Sequence record: OV032902.1 | DNA: 64,000 nucleotides | Reading direction: 5' to 3' (one strand) | Shown: in pieces, positions 54,085 to 63,052 of the stretch | How positions within the stretch are numbered: position 1 is the stretch's first letter | Layout: the number at the start of each line of letters is the position of its first letter | Notes under the pieces: generated by a model | Databases searched by the model: none | Told to the model about the DNA's origin: nothing | Seen by the model: the letters and a program-made list of their open reading frames with translations, nothing else | Program-made: the position numbers and the translations under genes

Positions 54085-54729
54085 ATGAACTCAGTATTTA
54101 CTTTCACTACATCTAAAGCAGGCGAAAAAATGACAGGCATCGAGAAAGGCTCTCGTGTCACCATGCTAGACGGCAACGTTCTAGACGCCTTGGGTAAAAA
54201 GGTCCTAGTGAACAATACAGAAGAATCTGCTTCTGAAGTATTCAAAAACATGTGTGGTAAAGATGAGCGTCCGTTCTTTGTAGAAGCGCTTCCTCTATCA
54301 CAAGGCGCTATTGATTTACAAGACATCGTGTTTCTTAACCCTGAGCAGGTTGAACTACGCACAGGTCTTGCAGTAATGCGTCTGACAATTTCTACCGAGT
54401 ACGCTTCAATCATCACAGATATGGGTTGGACCAACTACGGTAAATTCGAGCTGTTGTTACCTGAAGACGTTTCTATGAAAGCACTTCAAGAAACAATGCA
54501 GAAGTTCTTTGACAAAGTAGATTTCGTTCCTCTTTACAACACAGGCGGTTGGGAAGACGCAGCGGACTTACCTGCTAAGAACTACAAACGTTTCGTGGGC
54601 AACGTAATTAAATCATTCGGTGAGGGCTGGCCTCGTCGTTTCTTCCACGCTCACAATCCTTACTTTACTGGTACAGTGGAGATTCTTCCTGTACTTGCTA
54701 AAGAACTAGAACTAATCGACTCAATCTAA
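54085..54729 (+). CDS. Hypothetical protein
   Basis: 214 aa, GGAG RBS. Confidence 0.75.
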   Translation: MNSVFTFTTSKAGEKMTGIEKGSRVTMLDGNVLDALGKKVLVNNTEESASEVFKNMCGKDERPFFVEALPLSQGAIDLQDIVFLNPEQVELRTGLAVMRLTISTEYASIITDMGWTNYGKFELLLPEDVSMKALQETMQKFFDKVDFVPLYNTGGWEDAADLPAKNYKRFVGNVIKSFGEGWPRRFFHAHNPYFTGTVEILPVLAKELELIDSI

Positions 54730-54738
54730 GAGGTATTT

Positions 54739-55113
54739 ATGACTATTAAAATCCTAGACCCAATGAACTTCCGTCGCAATGCTGATGCTGCTCAGCGCGG
54801 TCTCGATATTGATAAGTCAACTATTGAAGTTGGTGAAAGCGAGCAAGATGCGTTAGATAAAGGCCTTGACTTCTATCTAATCCCTTCTTGTGGAAACCAA
54901 CACAAAATCGCCCTGGCTTCCGGGGCGATTAAACGTTTGACTATTTCTCGTGCTGGCAATGGAGTAGATGAATGCGAAGTATGTGTCGCTATCTCCAAGA
55001 CAGTACGTAAACGCACCACTGCTCAAGTTAAGCAGGGGCAAAACCGTCGTCGCATTGAGCTTATTCATGAGGCTCGCGAACTTGGTGTGTCAGTAGAAGA
55101 ACTGGCCGCTTAA
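54739..55113 (+). CDS. Small Zn-motif protein (C-x3-H...CxxC) with an EARELG tail, paralog 1
   Basis: FYLIPSCGNQH...ECEVC...RRRIELIHEARELGVSVEEL. Confidence 0.65.
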   Translation: MTIKILDPMNFRRNADAAQRGLDIDKSTIEVGESEQDALDKGLDFYLIPSCGNQHKIALASGAIKRLTISRAGNGVDECEVCVAISKTVRKRTTAQVKQGQNRRRIELIHEARELGVSVEELAA

Positions 55114-55168
55114 TCTTAATGCCTTACTCAGGCAAACACGTTATCGTTATTATACAGAGGATATTATC

Positions 55169-56251
55169 ATGACTATTTCATCAGAGCAAAAGCAAGTAAC
55201 TCATACTCCGACTCCTGCTCCATTGCAGACTCCACAATTCAATCAGCGCCGCAACGTTATCTCTCGCTGGCCATGTCAAGACGAAGAGCAACCTGCACCG
55301 CACAAGTGGACAGAGAAGCAAATTGCGTTTCTTAAGAATCAGCCTCTAGAACTAGGTCTTCTAAAGGTCTTTCGTGAACTTGGCCTTATTGGCGCTGCCG
55401 CTCGTTTTCCTATCGAGGATTTGAACTGGTCGCTCTATGACTTTTTCACTATGTCCGTAGAGCATACGGCTCACAATAACCATTTGCCAACAGTCCTTGA
55501 TGACGCTATCCGTTTCCGTTTCTATGACATCGATTCCGGTCAGTTCGTAATCGAGTTCTGTGAGGGTCTGGTTATTCGTGTTCGCGAAGAAAAGATCATT
55601 GTTACTTCGCCTATTGGCGGTTTCACTCCGCACGGTTTCCGTGGTAAGCCATTAGTCAACGAAGTAGGTGAAATGCGCAAGCACTATGACCGCAAGAGTG
55701 GACGCATGAAGCGCCAAACGGTTCCTCAGCAGACCACAACGTACGAGTCAGTTGAAGTGCCTTTCCCTTCATTTGGTGGCGCGGAACACAGCATCATGGT
55801 TCGTTCTGATGGCGTCTACGTAAATCGTTCTGGTTGTGGTGTAAACATCAATCACATTTCGGGTGATGACCAAAGCGGCGGTTACGATCTAAGCTTCTCT
55901 CAGCCTGATCGTCGCGTTTATGTTTATCGTGCAGACGGCATCCAGATTGAATCAGTGGCTACTGGACCTACCAATCATGCTGAAACTCGCCATATTTATT
56001 GTCTAGAGAAAAAGCGTCTGATTCGTAGTACTAGCATGTCTGGCGTGACTAAATACCACTACAGTCCTGAAGGCCTGAAAATTAAAGAAGAGCTTATTGG
56101 TGAGAATCCTCGTGATGACCATGAGCTTCACTTTGTTTACCAACGCAATAGCGACGGAAAGGTTGTTGCTATTCATACCAATAGCGTTGGTGCTGAAAAC
56201 AGCATCTATCGCTTAGATAACATGACCGTATCTCTTAAGGAGTACAAATAA
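55169..56251 (+). CDS. Hypothetical beta-rich protein with Y.Y...G hairpin-like units
   Basis: 360 aa, GAGG RBS; VYVYRADG, YHYSPEG, FVYQRNSDG. Confidence 0.7.
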   Translation: MTISSEQKQVTHTPTPAPLQTPQFNQRRNVISRWPCQDEEQPAPHKWTEKQIAFLKNQPLELGLLKVFRELGLIGAAARFPIEDLNWSLYDFFTMSVEHTAHNNHLPTVLDDAIRFRFYDIDSGQFVIEFCEGLVIRVREEKIIVTSPIGGFTPHGFRGKPLVNEVGEMRKHYDRKSGRMKRQTVPQQTTTYESVEVPFPSFGGAEHSIMVRSDGVYVNRSGCGVNINHISGDDQSGGYDLSFSQPDRRVYVYRADGIQIESVATGPTNHAETRHIYCLEKKRLIRSTSMSGVTKYHYSPEGLKIKEELIGENPRDDHELHFVYQRNSDGKVVAIHTNSVGAENSIYRLDNMTVSLKEYK

Positions 56252-57117
56252 TGGAAATGAAACTTAGCTATACTGGCGAGCACGCAATGGCCGTCATGTT
56301 TCATCTGGATGGTTTTGCCTTCCACATTGATTCTATGTCGGAGCTATCGCAAAGTCGCGTTATGTCGGAAAGCGAGCACGTACTTACACGTGAAGTTTGT
56401 CCTACTAATGGCTTCTTTATTCTCGACCAGTTAATTACGGCTTTAGCGTTTCGCTTGGTTCGTAATCATGACGGTGTTAAGAGTTTTGATATCTTCCAAT
56501 CCGGCGAGTACATTAGCCTTCATGCAAATGACGGCAGTGAGCACCGCCTGCGTTTTGAGTTTACTTCTTGCAGTGGTCCTGAAGTTCACTACGAAACAAT
56601 CCAAAATGGCGCAGTTAAACTAACTGCTCTGTTTGAAACGTTCTACGCTGATGCTGGCACGCTGCTTGTTCTTACTTATACGGATACGGGCAGTAGCTTA
56701 GTAGAAGGTAATACTACTTCTTACTTCTACCGTGACGTAGACAAAAAAGTGGATTACTCTATGCGTGGTCCTCATGGCCATACTCGCATGATGCGTGTGT
56801 TTGGTAAATACGACCCAGAGGTATTTCCTCGTATTCCTGGTTTGTTCTGTATGAAGTTAGACCTGGATGTTGGCGGAAATGGCACCATTTATCAAATCGG
56901 TCCTGAGAATCGTTTGTTAAGTACAATCGAAATCAAAGACATTGGTGATAGTACTAAGTCTTTAGAGTTCGTACGTAAACCGCGTAACGATAACGACCAT
57001 CCAGCATCGCTTGCATGGTCTGTTACTGTGTTTGGCGATGAGCGTGGCTACAAGACAGAATGGATGGATGTTAAGGCATCTGCGAAAACTCATCGAGTTC
57101 TTGTTTTTAACGACTAG
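56251..57117 (+). CDS. Hypothetical protein
   Basis: 288 aa, AAGGAG RBS. Confidence 0.75.
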   Translation: MEMKLSYTGEHAMAVMFHLDGFAFHIDSMSELSQSRVMSESEHVLTREVCPTNGFFILDQLITALAFRLVRNHDGVKSFDIFQSGEYISLHANDGSEHRLRFEFTSCSGPEVHYETIQNGAVKLTALFETFYADAGTLLVLTYTDTGSSLVEGNTTSYFYRDVDKKVDYSMRGPHGHTRMMRVFGKYDPEVFPRIPGLFCMKLDLDVGGNGTIYQIGPENRLLSTIEIKDIGDSTKSLEFVRKPRNDNDHPASLAWSVTVFGDERGYKTEWMDVKASAKTHRVLVFND

Positions 57118-57136
57118 TTTGCGCTGGTCAACTAAC

Positions 57137-57162
57137 GCCCTCTTAGGAGGGCTTTCTTTTTT
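57137..57162 (+). terminator. Short intrinsic terminator
   Basis: GCCCTC-TTAG-GAGGGC followed by TTTCTTTTTT. Confidence 0.7.
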
Positions 57163-57181
57163 ATCTATCGGAGAATAAATT

Positions 57182-57814
57182 ATGGAAGGTTATATCTGGC
57201 TAGCGTTTGTAGCCGCTATCATTCTTTTAGGTACGATTGCATTGGGTATTTGGATTGGCAAGAAGATCGGCAAGAGCATCGCTGAGCGCAATGACGCTAA
57301 ACTTAAATCTGCACTGGAGCGCGATATGGCCCGTTTGCGTGCCACTCAACCAGTATCTGCATCGCGTCAGTCTATGGCGAGCTCTCAGGTTAACCGCGCT
57401 TACCCTAATAAGCTAACTGATAAGCATGGCTCTAAAGGCGTGGCTACTCGCGTTATCAAAGACAGCGACGTAGAGTTTGACGAAGATGATTTTGATGATG
57501 ATCTAGAAGACCTAATGGAACTAAATCGTGAAGGTACTGAAGCTGACCGTGATTACCTCAACAAGTGGACAGCCGACGAAAAGAAAAGCGACGATGGTTC
57601 TGATCTTCTAGTGGCGCTAGGTGCTGGTGCTGCCATAGGTGCTGCTGCGGCTGTTGCGTTATCTGAAGAAGATGACGACCCAATGGAAACAGTAGAAGAG
57701 TGTACGCGCTCGTTTGCTGAATCTGTGCCGGAGCCAGAAGCACCACAATACGAGTCGGCCCCTGAGCCATCTTACGACTCTGGTTCTTCATTTGATAGCG
57801 GAGACAGTGAGTAA
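57182..57814 (+). CDS. Membrane-anchored acidic low-complexity protein
   Basis: N-terminal TM, DEDDFDDD patch, GAGAAIGAAAA segment, Ser/Asp tail. Confidence 0.75.
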   Translation: MEGYIWLAFVAAIILLGTIALGIWIGKKIGKSIAERNDAKLKSALERDMARLRATQPVSASRQSMASSQVNRAYPNKLTDKHGSKGVATRVIKDSDVEFDEDDFDDDLEDLMELNREGTEADRDYLNKWTADEKKSDDGSDLLVALGAGAAIGAAAAVALSEEDDDPMETVEECTRSFAESVPEPEAPQYESAPEPSYDSGSSFDSGDSE

Positions 57815-58362
57815 TGTCAACTACAGCAATCGTTGCTATTTCGGTTGCTGTATTTCTTTCAGTAGCAGTAATCTGTTTTACTTACTTAGAAGTACAGCGA
57901 CGTAAGGAATACAAAAAAGAAATCGATGAACTCGTTGAAGAAAACGAGGCTAAAGTAGAAGTAGCGCAGGAACCTCATTCTGATGAGTTTACAAAAGCCA
58001 TAGAAGTTCTACAGCAGCTAGACCAGTTCGTAGATTACGAAATGAATGCAGTTGGACGTGTTGATGACATGGCTGAATTAGCTGAAGAAATCAACAAGCG
58101 TTTCCGCATGGACTTAAAACATCACAACATGTGCTTTACCTACTTAAGTAGAGACGAGCGCATTACGTTAACATGGATTATCGTGGCAAGCTATTTTGAA
58201 AAGCATCATGAAGTTCTGTTGACGTTTAAGTTCAAAGGTGCATTCGAGCAAGCTAAGTTAGAGCGCCTACCTGTACCAGTACGTAATGCATTCTTAGATG
58301 CAGGCAAGTACTACAGTGAACGTGACGGCGTAATTACTTACGGTCGTATTGCAACATCATAA
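57814..58362 (+). CDS. Membrane-anchored hypothetical protein
   Basis: N-terminal TM followed by a coiled segment. Confidence 0.75.
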   Translation: MSTTAIVAISVAVFLSVAVICFTYLEVQRRKEYKKEIDELVEENEAKVEVAQEPHSDEFTKAIEVLQQLDQFVDYEMNAVGRVDDMAELAEEINKRFRMDLKHHNMCFTYLSRDERITLTWIIVASYFEKHHEVLLTFKFKGAFEQAKLERLPVPVRNAFLDAGKYYSERDGVITYGRIATS

Positions 58363-58397
58363 AAGGAGGGAGCTTCGGCTCCTTCCTTTATCTTTTT
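58363..58397 (+). terminator. Intrinsic terminator
   Basis: AAGGAGGGAGC-TTCG-GCTCCTTCCTT followed by a T tract. Confidence 0.85.
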
Positions 58398-58431
58398 CGC
58401 ATATCTATTTATTTTTGATTGTTTGTAAATC

Positions 58432-58441
58432 TCTATATTAC
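58432..58441 (+). promoter_or_regulatory. Putative early promoter
   Basis: TCTATATTAC with AT-rich upstream, ahead of AAGGAG and ATG 58479. Confidence 0.65.
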
Positions 58442-58478
58442 CATAGTGAGATTAATCCATTAAGCTAAGGAGCTTAGC

Positions 58479-59234
58479 ATGAAACCACGCAAAATTGGTA
58501 AAGCAAAATTTAACCGTCTAGTAGAAGAACGCAAAGGCTGGCAGCGTGCTGTTGCTATTACAAATGTCTTGTTTAGTTCTTGGGTACACATTGACGATGC
58601 GCCAGAGGACTACTATAAACGTCGCTCTGAGTTAAATACTTTATGGCCGGAAGGCTCTGTACTGGATGTTGATCCTGATCGTATTCGTCAGATTTACAAA
58701 GAAGGAGAAACACACTTCTATCGCGAACTTCGCCGCACAGGTATCTTTATCTTCTGGTACTCTACAGAGTTTGATTCATCGCATCAGAAACGCTATGCGC
58801 ATCTTTACGGCGAACATCATTTCCCTAGTCTTGATGACTATCTAAAAGCAGTTCCTCGTATCCAGCATCGTCGCAAATGTCGTCGCGGTATGAAAGAACT
58901 AATGGCACACAGCCGTCGTCGTGCACGCCGTAATGCAGATCGTCTTTGCAAGCAATGGAGAAAGATTCTAGATAAAGACAAGCTAGCCGCTAACATCGGT
59001 AAGGTTACCTCTGACTTATCTAATCTAGATTGTAAAAAGCTTGTGGGCGAATCAATGGGCAATACGATCTCCTTAAGAGCATCTAACATTGAAGACCAGG
59101 TGCTGCGTCGTGAGATTCTTGAAGCCCACGGAAATGAGATTAAACCTTATCAAATGCAGATGATGGGTCGTCTATCTCGCATGCAATCAGGACAAAAACT
59201 AGAAGGCCCTAGTGGCGACTTCGATGGAGAATAA
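58479..59234 (+). CDS. Hypothetical basic protein
   Basis: 251 aa, Arg/Lys-rich; first gene after the promoter. Confidence 0.75.
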   Translation: MKPRKIGKAKFNRLVEERKGWQRAVAITNVLFSSWVHIDDAPEDYYKRRSELNTLWPEGSVLDVDPDRIRQIYKEGETHFYRELRRTGIFIFWYSTEFDSSHQKRYAHLYGEHHFPSLDDYLKAVPRIQHRRKCRRGMKELMAHSRRRARRNADRLCKQWRKILDKDKLAANIGKVTSDLSNLDCKKLVGESMGNTISLRASNIEDQVLRREILEAHGNEIKPYQMQMMGRLSRMQSGQKLEGPSGDFDGE

Positions 59235-59236
59235 AA

Positions 59237-59704
59237 ATGGAAACAACAAAAGTCTATCGTTTTGAGATAGAAAAAGATGGGGCCTGGAAAGGGCCCTTTA
59301 CTGCTGGTCATGGTCATCGTACTTGTCCTAATGGCCTAATGAAAGAACCACAAGAAGAAGGTTTAGATTTCTCGTGGGGAATGTTGAGTGCCGTAGAGCG
59401 TCCTTGTCAGATGATGAACTGGGTGTCTCCTATTCAATACAAAGAAATGTATGAGATGGGATATCGCCTAGCTATCTATGAAGTCAAGGAAGCTCAACAT
59501 GGTGAAACTCAATCTGTCTTTCATAAGTCCGATATCGTAAGTGTCGAACGCTTCGAAGATTGGTACGATGCAAAGGAATTTGTTTTGGCTGATGAGTGGC
59601 GTAAGTTTTCAAATGGCGACGAAGAGTACGTCGAAAAGAAGATGACGCGTTTTCGTAATGCGAGAGCTAAACGTGAAGCAGGGAAAGGCATGGAGGTTGT
59701 ATGA
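59237..59704 (+). CDS. Hypothetical protein
   Basis: 155 aa, GGAG RBS. Confidence 0.7.
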   Translation: METTKVYRFEIEKDGAWKGPFTAGHGHRTCPNGLMKEPQEEGLDFSWGMLSAVERPCQMMNWVSPIQYKEMYEMGYRLAIYEVKEAQHGETQSVFHKSDIVSVERFEDWYDAKEFVLADEWRKFSNGDEEYVEKKMTRFRNARAKREAGKGMEVV

Positions 59705-60102
59705 TTCAAGTAAGTAACACTTGGCGTCGTATGCGCGTTGATTGCGCCATTCTGATAACAGACAAAAATATGTGTTATGTTGAATGGGTGGCCGAAAACA
59801 GGGAAGAAGCCAATCGCGTTAGTGCTAAGCTAATGCTCGGCAAGCCTTGTAAAAGAAATCCTCAGCATAACTACTTTCATGAAGTTAAAGATGGAGAAGT
59901 TATCAGACGTGAAGGTACTATTCGATACATCAAGGGCACAAGTAATTGTGTTCACTGTAAACGAGACGCTGGCGTAGAGCGTAACCGTAAACGCTTTGCA
60001 GCAGAACAGAAAAGTAATGGCGCTGCCGGCGAAGCCCGTCGTCGTGCCGAAGCAATTCGTGAGGCTAGAGAACTAGGCCTCAATGTAGAAGACATATTGT
60101 AA
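59701..60102 (+). CDS. Small Zn-motif protein with an EARELG tail, paralog 2
   Basis: GKPCKRNPQH...NCVHC...RRRAEAIREARELGLNVEDIL; GGAGG RBS. Confidence 0.7.
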   Translation: MIQVSNTWRRMRVDCAILITDKNMCYVEWVAENREEANRVSAKLMLGKPCKRNPQHNYFHEVKDGEVIRREGTIRYIKGTSNCVHCKRDAGVERNRKRFAAEQKSNGAAGEARRRAEAIREARELGLNVEDIL

Positions 60103-60113
60103 AGGAAAATACA

Positions 60114-61043
60114 ATGCACAAACTAATCGATTTTTACCAAGTAATCTGCCCTAACTCAGGAGCACGTCCTACTTTCGGCAACACACGCAAGAAGTCTCTT
60201 AAGATGCTTAATGCCTTGGGTGTCGACATTTACGTAACTCCTCGTTCTAAGCGTGAACTTAATCCGTCTGATGTTCCTGACATATCGGTGTACTTTGATC
60301 GCTGGCGTTTTGCTCTGACTGAAACTCGTCTAAGTAAGTTCGTTGTGGATGGTAAACTATTACCGCCTAACAAGACAAGTGAGTTAGTGAACGGCAAAGC
60401 CAAAGCGGGTAAAGTCATGCAAGACTTCCTAGACGGTCATGCTAAGAAGTACAAGTTCATTATCGTGGACAAGTACATGCTAGAGCCGCACAAGGCAATC
60501 TTTAACACGGGTAAGTTCTGGTTCCATATTTCTACTGGCACTCACGAGGATAAGATTACCAAGATGCAAATGCTGTCAGAAGAAAGCATTACTAAGGGAG
60601 CTACTCGCTTCTGGTCCTGTCGTTCTATTGCCAAGCACCTTGACTTGAGTGGCTTGCGATTTGCTGTTGATGACAAACCAGTCGAATGGGATGGATTACG
60701 TTCATTTATGATTAAGCTTCATGAGCAGATGATGTTGGATGGAAACTTCTTTCCTGAAGTCGGACGCTACACATGGGGAGCATCAATGCGCCAATGGATG
60801 ACAGATCATCGTTACCCTTACGGTGCACCACTGGAAGATCTAATATCTTTCCTTAATCACGGAAACCACAAACTATCAATTGTTGATCAAGATGGAGAAA
60901 CGCTGTACCATGTCAACAGTAAATTCAAAGCCGAGGAGGTTGGGGATGTCAATCGACGCTCATGTACCAACGGGTCTAGTAACCAGAACGGAAGCTCATC
61001 GCTTCTCGAAAAAGCCGTGCATCGTAAGATGCGCTGGTTCTAA
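60114..61043 (+). CDS. Hypothetical protein
   Basis: 309 aa, AAGGA RBS; 3' end overlaps the next gene. Confidence 0.7.
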   Translation: MHKLIDFYQVICPNSGARPTFGNTRKKSLKMLNALGVDIYVTPRSKRELNPSDVPDISVYFDRWRFALTETRLSKFVVDGKLLPPNKTSELVNGKAKAGKVMQDFLDGHAKKYKFIIVDKYMLEPHKAIFNTGKFWFHISTGTHEDKITKMQMLSEESITKGATRFWSCRSIAKHLDLSGLRFAVDDKPVEWDGLRSFMIKLHEQMMLDGNFFPEVGRYTWGASMRQWMTDHRYPYGAPLEDLISFLNHGNHKLSIVDQDGETLYHVNSKFKAEEVGDVNRRSCTNGSSNQNGSSSLLEKAVHRKMRWF

Positions 61044-61284
61044 AGAAGAGGCCATAGCTAGACGCATGCGTTTCTATGCTGGCCCTGTATGTCCTAAGAA
61101 CCACAGAATACGAGATCTAGTTACACATACTAAGATTCCTTTTTCTGTTCGCTTCAAACGTGACGACAAGTGCGCTTGGTGTACCTTCTTTGCACGCGTC
61201 AACGCGCGTAAACCTAAGAAAAAGAAAGGTACGCGTATTCGAGACGGATACGCTACTTACAAAGACAAATCCCATCGCGGATAA
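60946..61284 (+). CDS. Small Zn-motif protein, paralog 3
   Basis: GAGGAGG RBS 6 nt before ATG 60946; SKEEAIARRMRFYAGPVCPKNH...KCAWC. Confidence 0.6.
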   Translation: MSIDAHVPTGLVTRTEAHRFSKKPCIVRCAGSKEEAIARRMRFYAGPVCPKNHRIRDLVTHTKIPFSVRFKRDDKCAWCTFFARVNARKPKKKKGTRIRDGYATYKDKSHRG

Positions 61285-61332
61285 AGGAAGGGGCTTCGGC
61301 TCCTTCCTCTGTTTTTCTTTCTTTTTCTTTTT
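61285..61332 (+). terminator. Intrinsic terminator
   Basis: AGGAAGGGGC-TTCG-GCTCCTTCCT followed by a long T tract. Confidence 0.85.
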
Positions 61333-61374
61333 CAACAAATCGTAAAAATCGTGTGTCTTTATAAGGAGAACCAC

Positions 61375-62112
61375 ATGCGAGTTTTAAAACCAATAGTAGC
61401 GAGACATCTGTTTCCTACTCAGATTTATCTTCTGCTGGAACACATGGGTATCGTCGGATTACGTTGGGATATCCTCGGCAAAATTAAAGGTACATGGATG
61501 ACAGCCTATGGCGTCGATGGTGAAGTACGTCTTACCGAAGACGATAATTTGAAATCCATCGGTAAACATATTGCGGCTATCTATGGCAATGACACTACTT
61601 TCATCTGTCACAAAGTAAGTTCTACCCTGCGCATCAAGTTCAGTGGTCCTGACATGGAAAAGATTGTCAGCGTGGCAGATGGTCCGCATTGCTGTGCTAA
61701 GCATCGTCCTGTTCGTTACGTGCAGTCGGGAGACGAAGTATCTGAAGTAGTAGAGCATCCTGGTGGCCGTACGAATGTTTTCAAAATGGACAGTAACGAG
61801 AACGTTCGCTTTATCAGTCCGTCTACTGAAGTTATCTATGACTCAGAAGAATGGGTTCGTGGCTACAAGGTTCGTGACCGTGAATTCGAATATCTCGATT
61901 ATGACGGCACTAGAGTTCCAACTGCCATCATGACCGGCACCGAAACTGTAAGTAGCTATGACCTTACTGTGAATGCAGATGGTCGCGTTACAAAGGTTTC
62001 TGCGGGAGCAACCGTTTTACTTGATCTGTCTGAAGCATGGGATTATGTAGACTCCCTACCTCCAGGTGATTACCACCACAAACACTTTGACCGTATGTTT
62101 AAGAAGGACTAG
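61375..62112 (+). CDS. Hypothetical protein
   Basis: AAGGAG RBS before ATG 61375. Confidence 0.7.
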   Translation: MRVLKPIVARHLFPTQIYLLLEHMGIVGLRWDILGKIKGTWMTAYGVDGEVRLTEDDNLKSIGKHIAAIYGNDTTFICHKVSSTLRIKFSGPDMEKIVSVADGPHCCAKHRPVRYVQSGDEVSEVVEHPGGRTNVFKMDSNENVRFISPSTEVIYDSEEWVRGYKVRDREFEYLDYDGTRVPTAIMTGTETVSSYDLTVNADGRVTKVSAGATVLLDLSEAWDYVDSLPPGDYHHKHFDRMFKKD

Positions 62113-62114
62113 TT

Positions 62115-62426
62115 ATGTTAGCTTTTCTTTTTGTTGCCTCTCTTGTAGTCAACGCCGCTTTACTTGTTCTATATAAGAGCAAGAAACGTTCTGTGCGCAT
62201 TCTTAGTGAACGCAGTACACATCAGTATCGTCAACTGGCACGTTGGCGCGCTGTTCATGCTCACATGCGCAATGCCGCCTATAACCAGCAACTGGGCAAT
62301 GTCGAGTACATGCAAACCATAAAGTCTGCTACTGATGCAGCATCGGAAGGAGATGAGTATGGTTTCACTGAACTCATCAAAACACTAAACGAACTAAACG
62401 AGGAAGCTCGAAAATGCAAGCGTTAA
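62115..62426 (+). CDS. Membrane-anchored small protein
   Basis: N-terminal TM. Confidence 0.7.
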   Translation: MLAFLFVASLVVNAALLVLYKSKKRSVRILSERSTHQYRQLARWRAVHAHMRNAAYNQQLGNVEYMQTIKSATDAASEGDEYGFTELIKTLNELNEEARKCKR

Positions 62427-63052
62427 TGGAAACAGTATCCACCAACATCTACTTCTACATGATGGTCGCCTTTGGCGTATTGGCTTTTGTCTTTATGTGT
62501 ATTGCCGGTCGCAAGCACAATCAAGTAATTGAACGTGACGACCAGTTATCCAGGCTCCGCGTTCATTGCTATGGCATCCGTGAAACTCTGACTACGTTAC
62601 ATGCTAATCGTCTCGATTTGCCTTTGCCTTATGTTTGTGCACTCAGCAATTACATGCACGAACTACAATTAACGCTAGTAGATAAGTTCCGTCGTGAAAT
62701 CCTGGAGCGAGACTTTGATCAGTTAAACGAATTCGTTCTTTATCTTCAGCGTACACAGGAACGAAGAAAGTTTGTTTTCTATATTACTGAAGGGAAGTAC
62801 TACCTAGTAGATACACGAACCAACAAAGCTCATACATCCTCTGCTACCGCGATCATCTTAGATGGCAAAGAAGCTGATTGTAAAGTAATGGAAGTATGGA
62901 TTGATCGTGAAGCACAATGCCTCAAGATGTTCGACCCTGATGGTACACTGCATGTCCCAAGTTTCTGGATTGCGGCATTCCCTGACGAGTACGACTTTGA
63001 GAAAGGTCTTCAAGAAATGGAGTTTAAGAACTATGGAAACGTTGCACAGTAA
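62414..63052 (+). CDS. Membrane-anchored hypothetical protein
   Basis: N-terminal TM; GAGG RBS. Confidence 0.7.
   Translation: MQALMETVSTNIYFYMMVAFGVLAFVFMCIAGRKHNQVIERDDQLSRLRVHCYGIRETLTTLHANRLDLPLPYVCALSNYMHELQLTLVDKFRREILERDFDQLNEFVLYLQRTQERRKFVFYITEGKYYLVDTRTNKAHTSSATAIILDGKEADCKVMEVWIDREAQCLKMFDPDGTLHVPSFWIAAFPDEYDFEKGLQEMEFKNYGNVAQ

Noticed and set aside
54739-61284. HNH homing endonucleases or intron-encoded ORFs
   Set aside because: The Zn-motif proteins lack a recognisable HNH catalytic motif and no interrupted gene flanks them
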